Shown here: piece after piece, positions 9,869 through 20,510 of the stretch
Layout of the letters: each line of letters opens with the position of its first letter
How positions within the stretch are numbered: position 1 is the stretch's first letter
The notes under the pieces: generated by a model
The model's database searches: none
Seen by the model: the letters and a program-made list of their open reading frames with translations, nothing else
Told to the model about the DNA's origin: nothing
Made by a program: the position numbers and the translations under genes
Assembly (NCBI GenBank): GCA_963666985.2
Contig: CAXXIA010000002.1
Coordinates: forward strand, 2,880,001 to 2,944,000
DNA: 64,000 nt
Source: Spirochaetia bacterium
Lineage (GTDB): Bacteria; Spirochaetota; Spirochaetia; DSM-2461
Reading direction: 5' to 3'

Positions 9869-11650
9869 TTATTCCGCCTTCTCCTCCGGCACAATCGCCA
9901 GTCTCAGATCGGCCAGCTGCGCCGCATCCACCTCCGAAGGACTTTCATCCATGGGGCTGATCCCTTGGGTGTTCTTCGGGAAGGCGATGACGTCGCGGAT
10001 GGTTTCCATCTTGGCCATCACCATGACCATGCGGTCGAAGCCCACGGCCAAGCCCGCATGCGGCGGCGCGCCGTAGCGGAACGCTTCCAGAAGGAACCCG
10101 AAGCGGCGTTCGGCTTCGTCCTTCGGAAAACCGACAATGTCGAAGACTCGTGACTGAATGGCCGGATCGTGGATACGCACCGAGCCGGAGGCCAGTTCGT
10201 TGCCGTTGAGCACCATATCATACAGATCGCCGAGAACCTCTCCCGGATGTTCTTCCATGGTTTCGATAAAACGATCCTGCGGCATGGAAAACATATGGTG
10301 GGCCGGCTCCCAGGCACCGGTTTCTTCGTTTTTCTCGAAAAGCGGGAAATCCACCACCCAGCAGAATTCAAACCGATTCGGATCGGCCAGGCCCAAATCT
10401 TTGCCGAGTTTTACCCGCACCGCTCCCAGCGATTCCACCGCTGTTTTCCAATCGGCTCCCATGAGCAGAATCAGGTCGCCGGCTTTCGCTCCGAGCCCCT
10501 CGGTGATGGAGCCCGCTTGGTTCCCATAGAATTTCGATACTCCGCCGTCAAGACCATCGGGGGTTACCTTCATCCAGGCCAATCCCTTGGCGCCGCGTTT
10601 TTTCGCTTCCTCTTCAAGCTCGGTAATTTTCTTGCGGGAGTAGGCTTCGCCCGCGCCTTTGACAACCATGGCCTTTACCGCGCCGCCTGATTCCAGAACC
10701 GATTTGAACACGCCGAAATCCGATGCGGGAACAAAGGGCGCGAAATCCAGGAACTTCATTTCGTAGCGCAGATCCGGCTTGTCCGATCCGTAGGAATCCA
10801 TGGCATCCCGCCAGGAAAGCCTGGGAAACGGCGCGGGGATATCGATGCCCAAAACGTCTTTAAAGGTTCTGGCCATCATGCCTTCAACCAGCTTGAGCAC
10901 GTCGTCCCGCCCGGCGAAGCTCATTTCCAGGTCGATCTGCGTGAACTCGGGCTGACGGTCGCCGCGGGAATCCTCGTCGCGATAGCAGCGGGCAATCTGG
11001 TAATAGCGGTCCGTGCCCCCGGCCATCAGAATTTGTTTATAGAGCTGGGGCGACTGCGGAAGGGCGTAGAACTTGCCGGCGTTGATGCGGGAGGGCACCA
11101 GCCAGTCCCGGGCGCCCTCGGGGGTGGATTTAATGAACGTGGGCGTTTCGATTTCCCAAAAGCCCTGTTCGGTCAGGTAGCTGCGTGCGGCCCAGGCGGC
11201 TTTGTGGCGCAGTTCGATGCGCTTTCGCATGCCTTCGGTGCGCAAATCCAGGTAGCGGTATTTCAGGCGCAGGTTTTCGTTCGGTTCGTCTTCTCCTTCA
11301 ATCATGAAGGGAAGGGCCGGGCAGGTGTTGAGAATCTTAAGGTCGGTAATGGAAAGTTCAACGGCGCCGGTGCTCATGTCGGGATTCACCATGCCTTCGG
11401 GCCGGGCCCTGACGATGCCCGTAACGGCCACGCAGTATTCCATCTTCAGCTCGCCGGCCGCACTTTTCAGTGCGTCGGAAGCCTCTTCGTCAATCACTGC
11501 CTGGGTAATGCCGTAGCGGTCGCGGATGTTGAGGAAATGGACTCCTCCGTGGTCGCGGTTCCGGTGAATCCAGCCGTTGAGAATGACGGTTTTTCCGACA
11601 TCGCCGATATTCAATTCGCCGCAGGTGGCGGTGCGTTTATTCTGTTCCAT
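9869..11650 (-). CDS. aspS: Aspartate--tRNA ligase
   Basis: RYRY-like KYRYLDLR, TPEGARD, PQSPQLYKQ, YRDEDSRGDRQPEFTQIDLE, GAPPHAG..GFDR. Confidence 0.98.
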   Translation of the reverse strand: MEQNKRTATCGELNIGDVGKTVILNGWIHRNRDHGGVHFLNIRDRYGITQAVIDEEASDALKSAAGELKMEYCVAVTGIVRARPEGMVNPDMSTGAVELSITDLKILNTCPALPFMIEGEDEPNENLRLKYRYLDLRTEGMRKRIELRHKAAWAARSYLTEQGFWEIETPTFIKSTPEGARDWLVPSRINAGKFYALPQSPQLYKQILMAGGTDRYYQIARCYRDEDSRGDRQPEFTQIDLEMSFAGRDDVLKLVEGMMARTFKDVLGIDIPAPFPRLSWRDAMDSYGSDKPDLRYEMKFLDFAPFVPASDFGVFKSVLESGGAVKAMVVKGAGEAYSRKKITELEEEAKKRGAKGLAWMKVTPDGLDGGVSKFYGNQAGSITEGLGAKAGDLILLMGADWKTAVESLGAVRVKLGKDLGLADPNRFEFCWVVDFPLFEKNEETGAWEPAHHMFSMPQDRFIETMEEHPGEVLGDLYDMVLNGNELASGSVRIHDPAIQSRVFDIVGFPKDEAERRFGFLLEAFRYGAPPHAGLAVGFDRMVMVMAKMETIRDVIAFPKNTQGISPMDESPSEVDAAQLADLRLAIVPEEKAE

Positions 11651-11880
11651 AGCCGTGAATCTATCATGGTTGGAGGGGGGGAGGAAAGATTATGAGTGTT
11701 TTCGGGTACGAAGTTTACAGGGTAATTGCCGAAGCTCATCGGTACAGACTTTCCGTTTTATCCGCGCGGACTTTTGGTGTCTGAATAATCGCGGCCTCAA
11801 GACCTTGCCAAATTGCCTTTCGGCCGGGGATCTGCTACCATCACAACGCTGATAAATCATCGTTCATCTGGTGTTGTTGA

Positions 11881-12780
11881 GTGAATTTCGCCCGTCTTGA
11901 ATATTTCCTCGCCGCGGCACACTGCCTGAATTTTACCAAGGCCGCGAATCTTGTCTGCATTACACAACCTTCTTTGAGTAAACAAATTGCCATTCTGGAA
12001 AGCGAGATCGGCGTTAAACTTTTCGATCGGTCAAACAGGGCTCTCCGCCTGACTCCCGCGGGAAAATTTATGCTCGGTGAATGTGAGAACATCCTGACCA
12101 ATCTGGATGAAATTGTTGAACAGACCCGTTTAATCGGTCGTCAGTCTCGGGACTCTTTTTCCATCGGCTGTATCGAATCGATATACATAGGAGAAACCGC
12201 CGAGAAAATTCTGAAAAAGTTCACCGGAAGGTTCTCTAAAATCGATATGTTTCTTGAGCGCTGCAATTTTGAAGAACTGCGGACAAAATTGCTTGAGGGG
12301 ACCATCGATATCGCTTTTACGCTTTCGTTTCATCTTCAGAAAATGAAGGATCTTTCTTATGTTGAACTTGAAGAGCGGTCTTCACAGCTCACAATCTCCG
12401 TTGATCATCCTCTGGCCCAAAAAGAGGCGATTTCTTTTCAGGATCTTAAAGGAGAGACCATTCTTTTTCTTGAGGAAGCAAAACAGTTGAATCTGCATCA
12501 GGATATTCTTGATAAGTGCGAATCGGTCGGTTTTACACCGGATATTCGATACGTTCCGACGAATGAAACGGTTTTAAGTTATCTGGATTTGAATATGGGT
12601 GTTACTTTTTATGATAAGAGCGTCGGAATTAATCGGATCGGAAGGCTGAAGTTTTTCCCCACATCTTTGGGCGCCGATTTTTCTTTGGTTTGTGTCTGGA
12701 TGAAAAAGAATCCGAATCCCCTTGTTCGTGATTTTATTAAAATGCTTCCCAAAAGTTGTCAAATTAAAACATCCAAATAA
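11881..12780 (+). CDS. LysR-family transcriptional regulator
   Basis: N-terminal HTH NFTKAA..ITQPSLSKQIAILESEIGVKLFDR; 299 aa; GTG start. Confidence 0.93.
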   Translation: MNFARLEYFLAAAHCLNFTKAANLVCITQPSLSKQIAILESEIGVKLFDRSNRALRLTPAGKFMLGECENILTNLDEIVEQTRLIGRQSRDSFSIGCIESIYIGETAEKILKKFTGRFSKIDMFLERCNFEELRTKLLEGTIDIAFTLSFHLQKMKDLSYVELEERSSQLTISVDHPLAQKEAISFQDLKGETILFLEEAKQLNLHQDILDKCESVGFTPDIRYVPTNETVLSYLDLNMGVTFYDKSVGINRIGRLKFFPTSLGADFSLVCVWMKKNPNPLVRDFIKMLPKSCQIKTSK

Positions 12781-12857
12781 TTAATTATTCCCTGAACGCA
12801 TGGAACCATAGGGAAAAGCAATTTTATTTTTTAATTATCGAATGCTAACCTTCCTCC

Positions 12858-14402
12858 ATGGGAAAAAAGCCTAATGTGATTTTGCTTCTTGCGGATGATT
12901 TGGGGATAGGCGATTTATCATGCTTTAACCCCGAATCGAAACTGAATACTGAAAATATCGACAAACTGGCTTCCGAAGGTTTGCGCTGCAGTGATGCTCA
13001 TGCAACGAGCGCCCTGTGTACCCCTTCGCGGTACGGGCTTTTAACGGGAAGATATAATTGGCGTTCCGCATTAAAGCAGGTTGTTTTAATGGGATTTGCC
13101 AAGCATCTCATTGAAGACGGACGAAGCACTCTCGGCACTCTCTTTAAGGATGCCGGATACAATACGGCCGCTGTCGGGAAGTGGCACTTGGGAATGGACT
13201 GGGATATCAGCGGAGACGATTCGGCCTTTCTCCCGAGTCAGCCGAAGGGCTTTGAAGTCCCCACTCCTGAGATCGATTATGAAAGTCAGGTGAAAAACGG
13301 TCCGAAGGAATTCGGATTCGATTACAGCTTTGTCACGCCGGGTTCGCTGGATATTGAACCGTACACGTTTGTTGAGAACGGCAGAGTGACTCGGTTTCCG
13401 TGCGAACTAACCGGATGTAAAAACTTTCGGGCCGCCTCCAAACGGGGAGTTGTTTCCGATTTTGAAGACATGCGTCTCAGCGAATGGCCCGAAGGTGCGA
13501 CTTCTCCCGACTATATCCATCGGAATGTTGTTCCTGATTCCGCCGACCGTGTTTTAAAGCTGATGGATGATTATGCCGCGAAAGAGGAGCCTTTTTTTAT
13601 CTATTATCCGATTCATGCTCCGCATCTTCCGTGCATCCCCACTCCGGAATTCAAAGGGAAATCGGCCGTTGGTCCTTATGGGGACATGGTTCTCATGATT
13701 GACGACATTACCGGAAGAATCATGAGGAAACTTGATGAATTGAAAATCGCCGAGGATACCATTTTCATTTTTACCAGCGACAACGGAAGTGAAATTTCCT
13801 ATCCGGACCTCGGGCATGAACCCAGCTATATCTACCGGGGGCATAAATCGGATATCTGGGAAGGCGGACACAGAATCCCCTATATCGTTCGCTGGCCCGG
13901 ACATGTTCCCGCGGGAATTGAATCGTCGCAGACGGTCAGCCTTGTCGATACATTCGCGACTCTTTCCGAAATCCTTGGGATGGAAGTTAAGGACGATGAA
14001 GCCGAGGACAGTTATTCCATTCTTCCAATTTGGCAAGGCTCCGAGAAAACCATCCGGGAATATACCGTACAAACCTCCGGAGGAGGCCGTTTCGCCATAC
14101 GAAAGGGGAAGTGGAAATTGGAAATGTGTCCGGGAAGCGGAGGTTTTGAACAGAGTGAAGATCCCGACCTGCCTCCGATCCAATTATACGATATGGACGC
14201 CGATGTCCGTGAAACCACGAATCTTTACGACCAATACCCGGAGGTTGTGGCGGAACTGACCGCCGCATTGACCGATTGCGTCTTGAACGGCCGCTCCACA
14301 CCGGGATTAAAGAGGAAGAATACCGGGCCGCAGTGGTGGCCGCAGCTGAATTGGATGAAAAATCCGGATGAGATATCCGTTGGGAAAGGTTTTGAGTCAT
14401 GA
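12858..14402 (+). CDS. Cys-type arylsulfatase (sulfatase family S1), no signal peptide
   Basis: KPNVILLLADDLG, CTPSRYGLLTGRY (CxPxR), GKWHLG, FTSDNG, EGGHRIP. Confidence 0.95.
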   Translation: MGKKPNVILLLADDLGIGDLSCFNPESKLNTENIDKLASEGLRCSDAHATSALCTPSRYGLLTGRYNWRSALKQVVLMGFAKHLIEDGRSTLGTLFKDAGYNTAAVGKWHLGMDWDISGDDSAFLPSQPKGFEVPTPEIDYESQVKNGPKEFGFDYSFVTPGSLDIEPYTFVENGRVTRFPCELTGCKNFRAASKRGVVSDFEDMRLSEWPEGATSPDYIHRNVVPDSADRVLKLMDDYAAKEEPFFIYYPIHAPHLPCIPTPEFKGKSAVGPYGDMVLMIDDITGRIMRKLDELKIAEDTIFIFTSDNGSEISYPDLGHEPSYIYRGHKSDIWEGGHRIPYIVRWPGHVPAGIESSQTVSLVDTFATLSEILGMEVKDDEAEDSYSILPIWQGSEKTIREYTVQTSGGGRFAIRKGKWKLEMCPGSGGFEQSEDPDLPPIQLYDMDADVRETTNLYDQYPEVVAELTAALTDCVLNGRSTPGLKRKNTGPQWWPQLNWMKNPDEISVGKGFES

Positions 14403-14932
14403 ACAGATTCGGTAAGATTTGCGACAAAATCACAAACACGCTGTTTATCATCGGGATAGCCGCCATTTCACTTATGGTTCTATTGGTTTTTCTGGATGTG
14501 ATTCTGAGAAAAATCTTCTCCATATCCATCATCGGTGTTACCGAAATGACCCAAATGCTGTGGATCTGCATGATCTTGGGCTGGGGAAGAAGCGTTAAGG
14601 GACGAGATAATCTTTTTATCGATATTATTGTTGATCGGCTGCCGCCGAAACGGAAAGAACTTGTCGAGATTATTGTAACGGTCTTTATGATCCTGGTCAG
14701 CGCCCTGCTTGCCTGGCGCTGTTTCCAAAATGCTCTCTATAACAAGAGTAAGGGAACGATTTTCTCGCTTCTCGGAATTCAGACATATCCTTTCATCATC
14801 ATTCTCAGTCTCGGGTACGTCGGCGGATGTGTCGGACTGTTAAACAAGCTGCTAACCCATGTGGCCGCTTTATTCGGAATATCACATCGACAGCCGGGCT
14901 TTGTAGAGAAGGGAGCTGGTGAAGAAAAATGA
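14399..14932 (+). CDS. dctQ: TRAP transporter small permease
   Basis: Four TM segments, DVILR and IDIIVDRLP motifs; overlaps sulfatase stop (ATGA). Confidence 0.88.
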   Translation: MNRFGKICDKITNTLFIIGIAAISLMVLLVFLDVILRKIFSISIIGVTEMTQMLWICMILGWGRSVKGRDNLFIDIIVDRLPPKRKELVEIIVTVFMILVSALLAWRCFQNALYNKSKGTIFSLLGIQTYPFIIILSLGYVGGCVGLLNKLLTHVAALFGISHRQPGFVEKGAGEEK

Positions 14933-16230
14933 GCAGAGAACTGATCGGACTTCTATTTATTATCATTCTGTTTTTTCTCATGGCCTGGAAAACCTGGATA
15001 GGTTTGGCCATGGCGGCGGTCGGATTCGCCGGGATTTGGGCTTTGAGAGGACTGCCGCAGGCGCTCAGCATTGTCGGCAGCGTTACTTTCGCCAAGGTGA
15101 GCAACTATAATTTCACGGCCATACCGATGTTTCTGCTTATGGGACTTATTATTGCGGAAACGGATATCGGAGCCGGTTTGTACAGAGCCGCCAATGCCTG
15201 GCTGGGAAGAATCAGAGGCGGATTGGCGTCGGCCACGGCCGTTGCCTGCGGTTTTCTGGGGGCCATCTGCAGCGTCTCCATGACCGGTGCCATTATTATG
15301 TCCAAGATTTCTTTTCCGGAAATGGCCAAGAGAAAGTACGACCGCGGATTTGCCTGCGCATCCATTTGCGCCGGCGGTCCTTTGAGCATAATTATCCCGC
15401 CGAGTATGTGCTTTATCATGTATGGAATCCTAACGGAAAACTCCGTGGGGAAGCTGTTCATGGCCGGTGTTGTCCCGGGGCTGATTCTGACCGTGCTCTA
15501 CTGTATCGCCGTTGATATAACCACACGGCTGCGGCCTGAGTGGGGCCCCATGGGGGAAAAGACAACGCTCAAAGAGAAATTCACGGCGCTTAAAGATATG
15601 ATTCCGGTTTTTATTCTCTTTATTATTGTTCTGGGCGGTATCTACTCCGGTTTTGTCAGCACCACCGAATCGGGCGCCATCGGAACCATCGGTGCGGTCG
15701 TCATCGCTCTGGCAACAAAGCAGCTAACCTGGAAAAAACTGTATAAATGCCTTCTGAATACGGCCATGATCGGGAGCGCCATATTCATTCTCATGGCGGG
15801 AACGTTTATTTTCAGCTCCTTTTTAACCTTAAGCAATCTGCCGCAATTTCTCGCGAAATTCGCCGGCGGTCTTGATGCACCGCGATTCCTTATCATCCTT
15901 GTCGTTATGCTGATTTATATCATTATGGGAATGTTTATGCCGGATAATCCCATTGTGGTTCTTACGGTTCCTATTCTCTATCCGGTTATGGTTACCACGA
16001 TCGGTGTTGATCCGATATGGTTCGGAGTTTTTATCGTTTTCATGGTGGCTCTTGCCCAAATATCTCCTCCCGTCGGCATGGTTGTTTACTATTTGGCCGG
16101 ACTTACGGATGTGCCGGTTAATAAAGTCTTTAAGGGTGTGATGCCGTTTCTTGCGGCAATGATTGTGAGTATCGCCCTCATTATCGCGTTTCCCGTTATC
16201 TGCACATGGCTCCCCTCAATTATGAAATAA
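14929..16230 (+). CDS. dctM: TRAP transporter large permease
   Basis: AIPMFLLMG, IIPPS, LFMAGVVPG, TTESGAIG, SPPVG motifs. Confidence 0.93.
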   Translation: MSRELIGLLFIIILFFLMAWKTWIGLAMAAVGFAGIWALRGLPQALSIVGSVTFAKVSNYNFTAIPMFLLMGLIIAETDIGAGLYRAANAWLGRIRGGLASATAVACGFLGAICSVSMTGAIIMSKISFPEMAKRKYDRGFACASICAGGPLSIIIPPSMCFIMYGILTENSVGKLFMAGVVPGLILTVLYCIAVDITTRLRPEWGPMGEKTTLKEKFTALKDMIPVFILFIIVLGGIYSGFVSTTESGAIGTIGAVVIALATKQLTWKKLYKCLLNTAMIGSAIFILMAGTFIFSSFLTLSNLPQFLAKFAGGLDAPRFLIILVVMLIYIIMGMFMPDNPIVVLTVPILYPVMVTTIGVDPIWFGVFIVFMVALAQISPPVGMVVYYLAGLTDVPVNKVFKGVMPFLAAMIVSIALIIAFPVICTWLPSIMK

Positions 16231-16273
16231 ATATTCGTAAGAATATTAATTGAAAGAAAGGAAGGAATTGGTT

Positions 16274-17377
16274 ATGAGAACAAAACGGATTACAGTCGTA
16301 TTAATCACTCTGTTGATTTCGTTTGCGTTGATTTCCTGCGGACAGTCCGGAAAAAAAGCGGCCGCCGGCGGCGCGGATCAGTCGGAGACTGAGAAAGTCG
16401 ACGATACGGTTTATACCTTCGTCGTCAATCTCAATAAACCCGAGGCTTCATCAAACCAGGATAAAATCTGGATGAACGCAATCAGTGAACAGAGCGGCGG
16501 GAGAATTGAATTCGAGACTTATTATTCGTCGTCTCTTCTGAATGTCAAAGAAGTTCCCGAAGGTCTGGACAGCGGTACGATTGATATCGCCTGTGCCATT
16601 TCCATGGCCGAATTCCCCACAATCCTTCCATTAACCGCCGGTATCATGACCATGCCCTTCAGCGGGATTAAGGGTGAGGATTTTTATGAGGTTTATGACC
16701 GGCTGATGAAAGACTACCCTGTAATGGTCGATGAATACACGAATGCGGGAATGGTTCCTCTTACCTATGGTTTCGGAGCCGGCGTGAATCTGTTTTTGGG
16801 TTCCGAGAATAATCCGGTTACGGCTCCCTCGGAATTGAAAGGAAAGCAGATTATGGCGACTCATTCCACACTTCAGAAACTGATATCCAAAGAAGGCGGT
16901 GCTCCGGTATCGGCCGGTCCGCCCGACTTCTATTCCTATCTTGAGAGAAGCGTTTCCGACGGAATCTTTAATCACTGGGGTGTGATTGTCCATTTTTCCG
17001 TTTTTGAAGTTGTCAAGCAGGCCTTTATTTTTGGTAATGACTCGAAAAGCGGTCTTACATACGATCTTTTCGGCGTTGTTATGAGCCAAAAGAAATGGGA
17101 TTCCCTGCCGGCGGATATCCGTCAGATTTTTATGGACAACAGGGAACTGTATTACAACGAACAGAAAAAAGTAATTTCCGCAATGGGCGATAAAGGAATC
17201 AATCTGTTAACCGAAAAGGGCGCGGCAATTACGTATTTGAATGATAATCAGATTAAGGTGTGGCAGGATGAATTCGGTTCCGTTCGGGATGAGATTCTCG
17301 GGGGACTTGATTCCAAGGGGCTTAATGCGACCGAGATTTATACCAGGATGCTTGAAATCAATCGGGAACTCAAGTAA
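16274..17377 (+). CDS. dctP: TRAP transporter substrate-binding lipoprotein
   Basis: Lipobox LIS-C; SGGRIEF, ELKGKQI, WDSLPADIR; start moved to ATG 16274 after AAGGA. Confidence 0.88.
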   Translation: MRTKRITVVLITLLISFALISCGQSGKKAAAGGADQSETEKVDDTVYTFVVNLNKPEASSNQDKIWMNAISEQSGGRIEFETYYSSSLLNVKEVPEGLDSGTIDIACAISMAEFPTILPLTAGIMTMPFSGIKGEDFYEVYDRLMKDYPVMVDEYTNAGMVPLTYGFGAGVNLFLGSENNPVTAPSELKGKQIMATHSTLQKLISKEGGAPVSAGPPDFYSYLERSVSDGIFNHWGVIVHFSVFEVVKQAFIFGNDSKSGLTYDLFGVVMSQKKWDSLPADIRQIFMDNRELYYNEQKKVISAMGDKGINLLTEKGAAITYLNDNQIKVWQDEFGSVRDEILGGLDSKGLNATEIYTRMLEINRELK

Positions 17378-17431
17378 GTAAAGCCGATTCAACAGCTTGC
17401 CGAAAGCAATGACAATCATGTAATGTTAATC

Positions 17432-17467
17432 AGGGCTATCCCTAAAAAGCGGGATGGCCTTTTTTTT
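17432..17467 (+). terminator. Rho-independent terminator after the sulfatase-TRAP operon
   Basis: AGGGCTATCCC-loop-GGGATGGCCTT stem (with G-U pairs) followed by a T run. Confidence 0.8.
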
Positions 17468-17655
17468 GCCTGAAAAGGCGAACGTTCCGCAGAGTCGGAT
17501 ATTCTCAGGTTCATGACCGGGGGGTGAGATTTTATCTGTTCTTATTATGTGTTTTAAGTGTGCCGGTGGATTTCAGAGTTGAATAGAGGTATCACCTTAC
17601 TGAAAACAAAAAGATAAGGAACCATTATCTAAGATTTTTTATAGGAATGATTTAG

Positions 17656-20229
17656 ATGAGTTTTAATGTTTCCGATAGTAAACATTTAAAAAGAATATCT
17701 TCAATTTCTCTTGTCGTCATTTCATTGATGCTGCTGTTTCTTGTGTATAACAATTATAAAAGACAATACACAATTATTATTAATACATTTCTTATTCTTG
17801 AATCCGAAATAATAAAAGAAGCGTCTCAAATGGCAAATCTCTGGCTTGATAAAAGGATTAAGGACGAAGGAGTGACGATAGAGGATATTGAACAGGAAAT
17901 CCTGAAAAATTTTATCGAACCGATAAGCTTGCTGAACAGCGGAGATGCCTGGATCTATAATAAGGATTATGTGATTTTCGACAAAAGCGGCGATTTCCCG
18001 GATTATTACCGCGGAAAATCAATGCGCCAGATTTTTGAAATCCAAAGCCGATACGGGGCGTCTCATTATGAAGAATTAACCATCGGCGTAGAAAACGCCA
18101 CCGAGGGACAAGGATGGTATATATGGCTGCCCGAAAAAGGCAAAGAATGGGTTTCCTGGACTTCTTTCCGGTTTCATGAGCAAACCTGGACGCTCGGACT
18201 CTCAACTCCCGAAAAAGATATTCTCTCATACGCCGATATAAAATCTTTCCTGGTAAAACAAATTGTATATGCGCTGATTCTTATCATTTTGCTTTCCATC
18301 ATAACGCGTCAAATATTTTCATTCCAAAACAAACAGGAAAAACTCATCTCGGAACTGAATCAGGCTAATGAAGATCTGAAAAATGTCGATGTTATGAAAA
18401 ATAACTTAATTGCAAACATTTCTCATGATTTTAAGAATCCTTTAACTATTATTTATAATCTTGCGGAGCTGAATCTTGTCAATTCGGGAGGGAATATCCC
18501 TCAAAATATTCTTGATGATTTAAATGTTATTTATGAAACGTCTCATAGGTTTATTTCAAAGATCAACAGCATTATCGATCTTGTGAAACTGGACAGCCGC
18601 GGTTTGGATTTGAAGATTCAGAGAATCAGACCAGTTGAATTCTTATCGGAGATAGCGTCTTATTATTCCAATTCTCTGAAAAGGGCCAATATCCAAGTTG
18701 CTTTTAGATCCGATGCCGATGAATATGATTTTTTTTATACCGATCCGGAAAAATTGGAAGATATTATTAATAATATTATCTTTAATGCCATCAAGTTTAT
18801 TCAGCATGAACATGGAATAATAAATATTGAATTATTAGAGAACGACGAATCCATCGAAATAAAGATACAAGATAACGGAATTGGTATCGAGAAAGAATAT
18901 CTTGAGAAGATTTTTACACGATTTGAACGAATTGAAGATTTGGGGAAAGGAAGGCCGAAAGGTTCCGGCATAGGATTGGCCTATTCAAGACAATTGGCCG
19001 TTTTGCTTGGAGGTTCAATTCGAGCGGAATCGGACGGGAGGGATAAAGGGGCTTCTTTCTTTATTGTGCTCGATAGGAATAAATTTAATGAGGGCGATAG
19101 GTCTTCAGGAAATGTAAACAGTGAATATGTTCCAAACAGAGCCTATGTCGATACATACCATACTGAAGAAAATAAGCCGAAGGTTTCTATTGTCCGAACC
19201 AACAGACAGTTTGAGTTTGATCCTTTTAAGGGGATTATTCTTATTGCCGAAGATGAACCGGCGATAAGAAATGTTATTGTCAGATATTTGGAGAACAGCG
19301 GTTATATGAATTTCATAACCGTTGAAAATGGAGAAATAGCCCTTGAAATGGCTAAAATCTATCATCCGGACTTAGTGATTACCGATTATATGATGCCGGA
19401 AATGAATGGAGACGAATTTTGTAGAGTTATGTTTGCGGATCCGTTCTTTGAGTTTATACCGATAATTTTTATTTCAGCGGTTTCCGATAGAAATCTTATT
19501 CTCGAACAAAAAACAAAAGGCGCGGTTGATTTTATTACTAAGCCAATAAGAAAGGAAGAACTGCTCATTTCCGTAAATAGCAATTTAAAGAAATATATGG
19601 ACTTTACTCAAGCATCATCGATTGATGAATTGTCGAAAATGCTTAATCGAAGGGCCTTCTTTAAGAATTTTGAGAATCTAATTCTTAATCCTTCAACCTC
19701 GGATCTTTCCGTAATATTACTGGACTTGGATTATTTTAAGGAAATAAATGATACATATGGTCACAAAGCCGGAGATTTTGTTTTATCTCAGATCAGTCTG
19801 AATATTCTTGACGCCATTAGAAATCAGGATATCGCCGGAAGGTACGGCGGCGAGGAATTTATTGTTCTTCTTCCCGAGACAACTCTGGAACAGTCCGGAA
19901 AGGTTGCCGAAAAGATTCAAAGCAGAATAAGTAATCTTGAACTGGATTATAAAGGTATATTGATTAAAAGAACCATAAGTATGGGTATTGCTTCACTCGG
20001 GCAGTATGGGGATGAGTATGGTCCCGCCGAGGAAAAAATCAATCTGCCGAATCAACTGGTGGAAATGGCCGATACGGCTCTCTATTATGCAAAAACTAAA
20101 AGCTGTATCCATTGCGGATACATTGAAAAAGAGATTCGAACGGAGCTTGAAATTTGTCCCGAATGCGGCCGGCCTTTGATGGAAGGACGCAATAGAATCG
20201 AAGAATACACTCCGGCAATGAAGGCATAA
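17656..20229 (+). CDS. Membrane hybrid sensor: histidine kinase + receiver + GGDEF diguanylate cyclase with inserted zinc ribbon
   Basis: Two TM segments, H-box SHDFKNPL, NAIKF/DNGIG/GSGIGL, receiver AEDE..TDYMMP..TKP, RNQD I-site and GGEEF. Confidence 0.92.
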   Translation: MSFNVSDSKHLKRISSISLVVISLMLLFLVYNNYKRQYTIIINTFLILESEIIKEASQMANLWLDKRIKDEGVTIEDIEQEILKNFIEPISLLNSGDAWIYNKDYVIFDKSGDFPDYYRGKSMRQIFEIQSRYGASHYEELTIGVENATEGQGWYIWLPEKGKEWVSWTSFRFHEQTWTLGLSTPEKDILSYADIKSFLVKQIVYALILIILLSIITRQIFSFQNKQEKLISELNQANEDLKNVDVMKNNLIANISHDFKNPLTIIYNLAELNLVNSGGNIPQNILDDLNVIYETSHRFISKINSIIDLVKLDSRGLDLKIQRIRPVEFLSEIASYYSNSLKRANIQVAFRSDADEYDFFYTDPEKLEDIINNIIFNAIKFIQHEHGIINIELLENDESIEIKIQDNGIGIEKEYLEKIFTRFERIEDLGKGRPKGSGIGLAYSRQLAVLLGGSIRAESDGRDKGASFFIVLDRNKFNEGDRSSGNVNSEYVPNRAYVDTYHTEENKPKVSIVRTNRQFEFDPFKGIILIAEDEPAIRNVIVRYLENSGYMNFITVENGEIALEMAKIYHPDLVITDYMMPEMNGDEFCRVMFADPFFEFIPIIFISAVSDRNLILEQKTKGAVDFITKPIRKEELLISVNSNLKKYMDFTQASSIDELSKMLNRRAFFKNFENLILNPSTSDLSVILLDLDYFKEINDTYGHKAGDFVLSQISLNILDAIRNQDIAGRYGGEEFIVLLPETTLEQSGKVAEKIQSRISNLELDYKGILIKRTISMGIASLGQYGDEYGPAEEKINLPNQLVEMADTALYYAKTKSCIHCGYIEKEIRTELEICPECGRPLMEGRNRIEEYTPAMKA

Positions 20230-20460
20230 TGGATTTCTATAAATCCGCTATCGAAAAAACGCAAATTATCTCTTTATGAAAGTTTTGGTGACGCTCTGGG
20301 GCCATGGGAACACCGATAGCGGCGAAATTTTATCAACGGAGCCCCTGAGGTAGCGTTCCGCGGTATGGTGTAAAAAGATCGGCGGCTTGGTTCAGTGATT
20401 TCTTGCCGAGAAATATGCGGCCCGCGAAATTCGAGAAAAGATGGAGTTTGATAGAAAAAT

Positions 20461-20485
20461 ACTTTACAAAAGTAATTAAATAAGT
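20461..20485. promoter_or_regulatory. Probable ROK/XylR-type operator upstream of the ROK regulator
   Basis: 25-bp ACTTTACAAAAGTAATTAAATAAGT fits the ACTT-N17-AAGT pattern of XylR-type operators; lies 25 bp upstream of the ROK start codon. Confidence 0.6.
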
Positions 20486-20510
20486 AACGATGGCGATTGG
20501 GTGATTATTC

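Noticed and set aside
12788..12815. LysR operator (TTCCCT..AGGGAA) upstream of the sulfatase
   Set aside because: Plausible position, but the repeat is short and the spacing does not clearly fit T-N11-A; too weak to list as a feature
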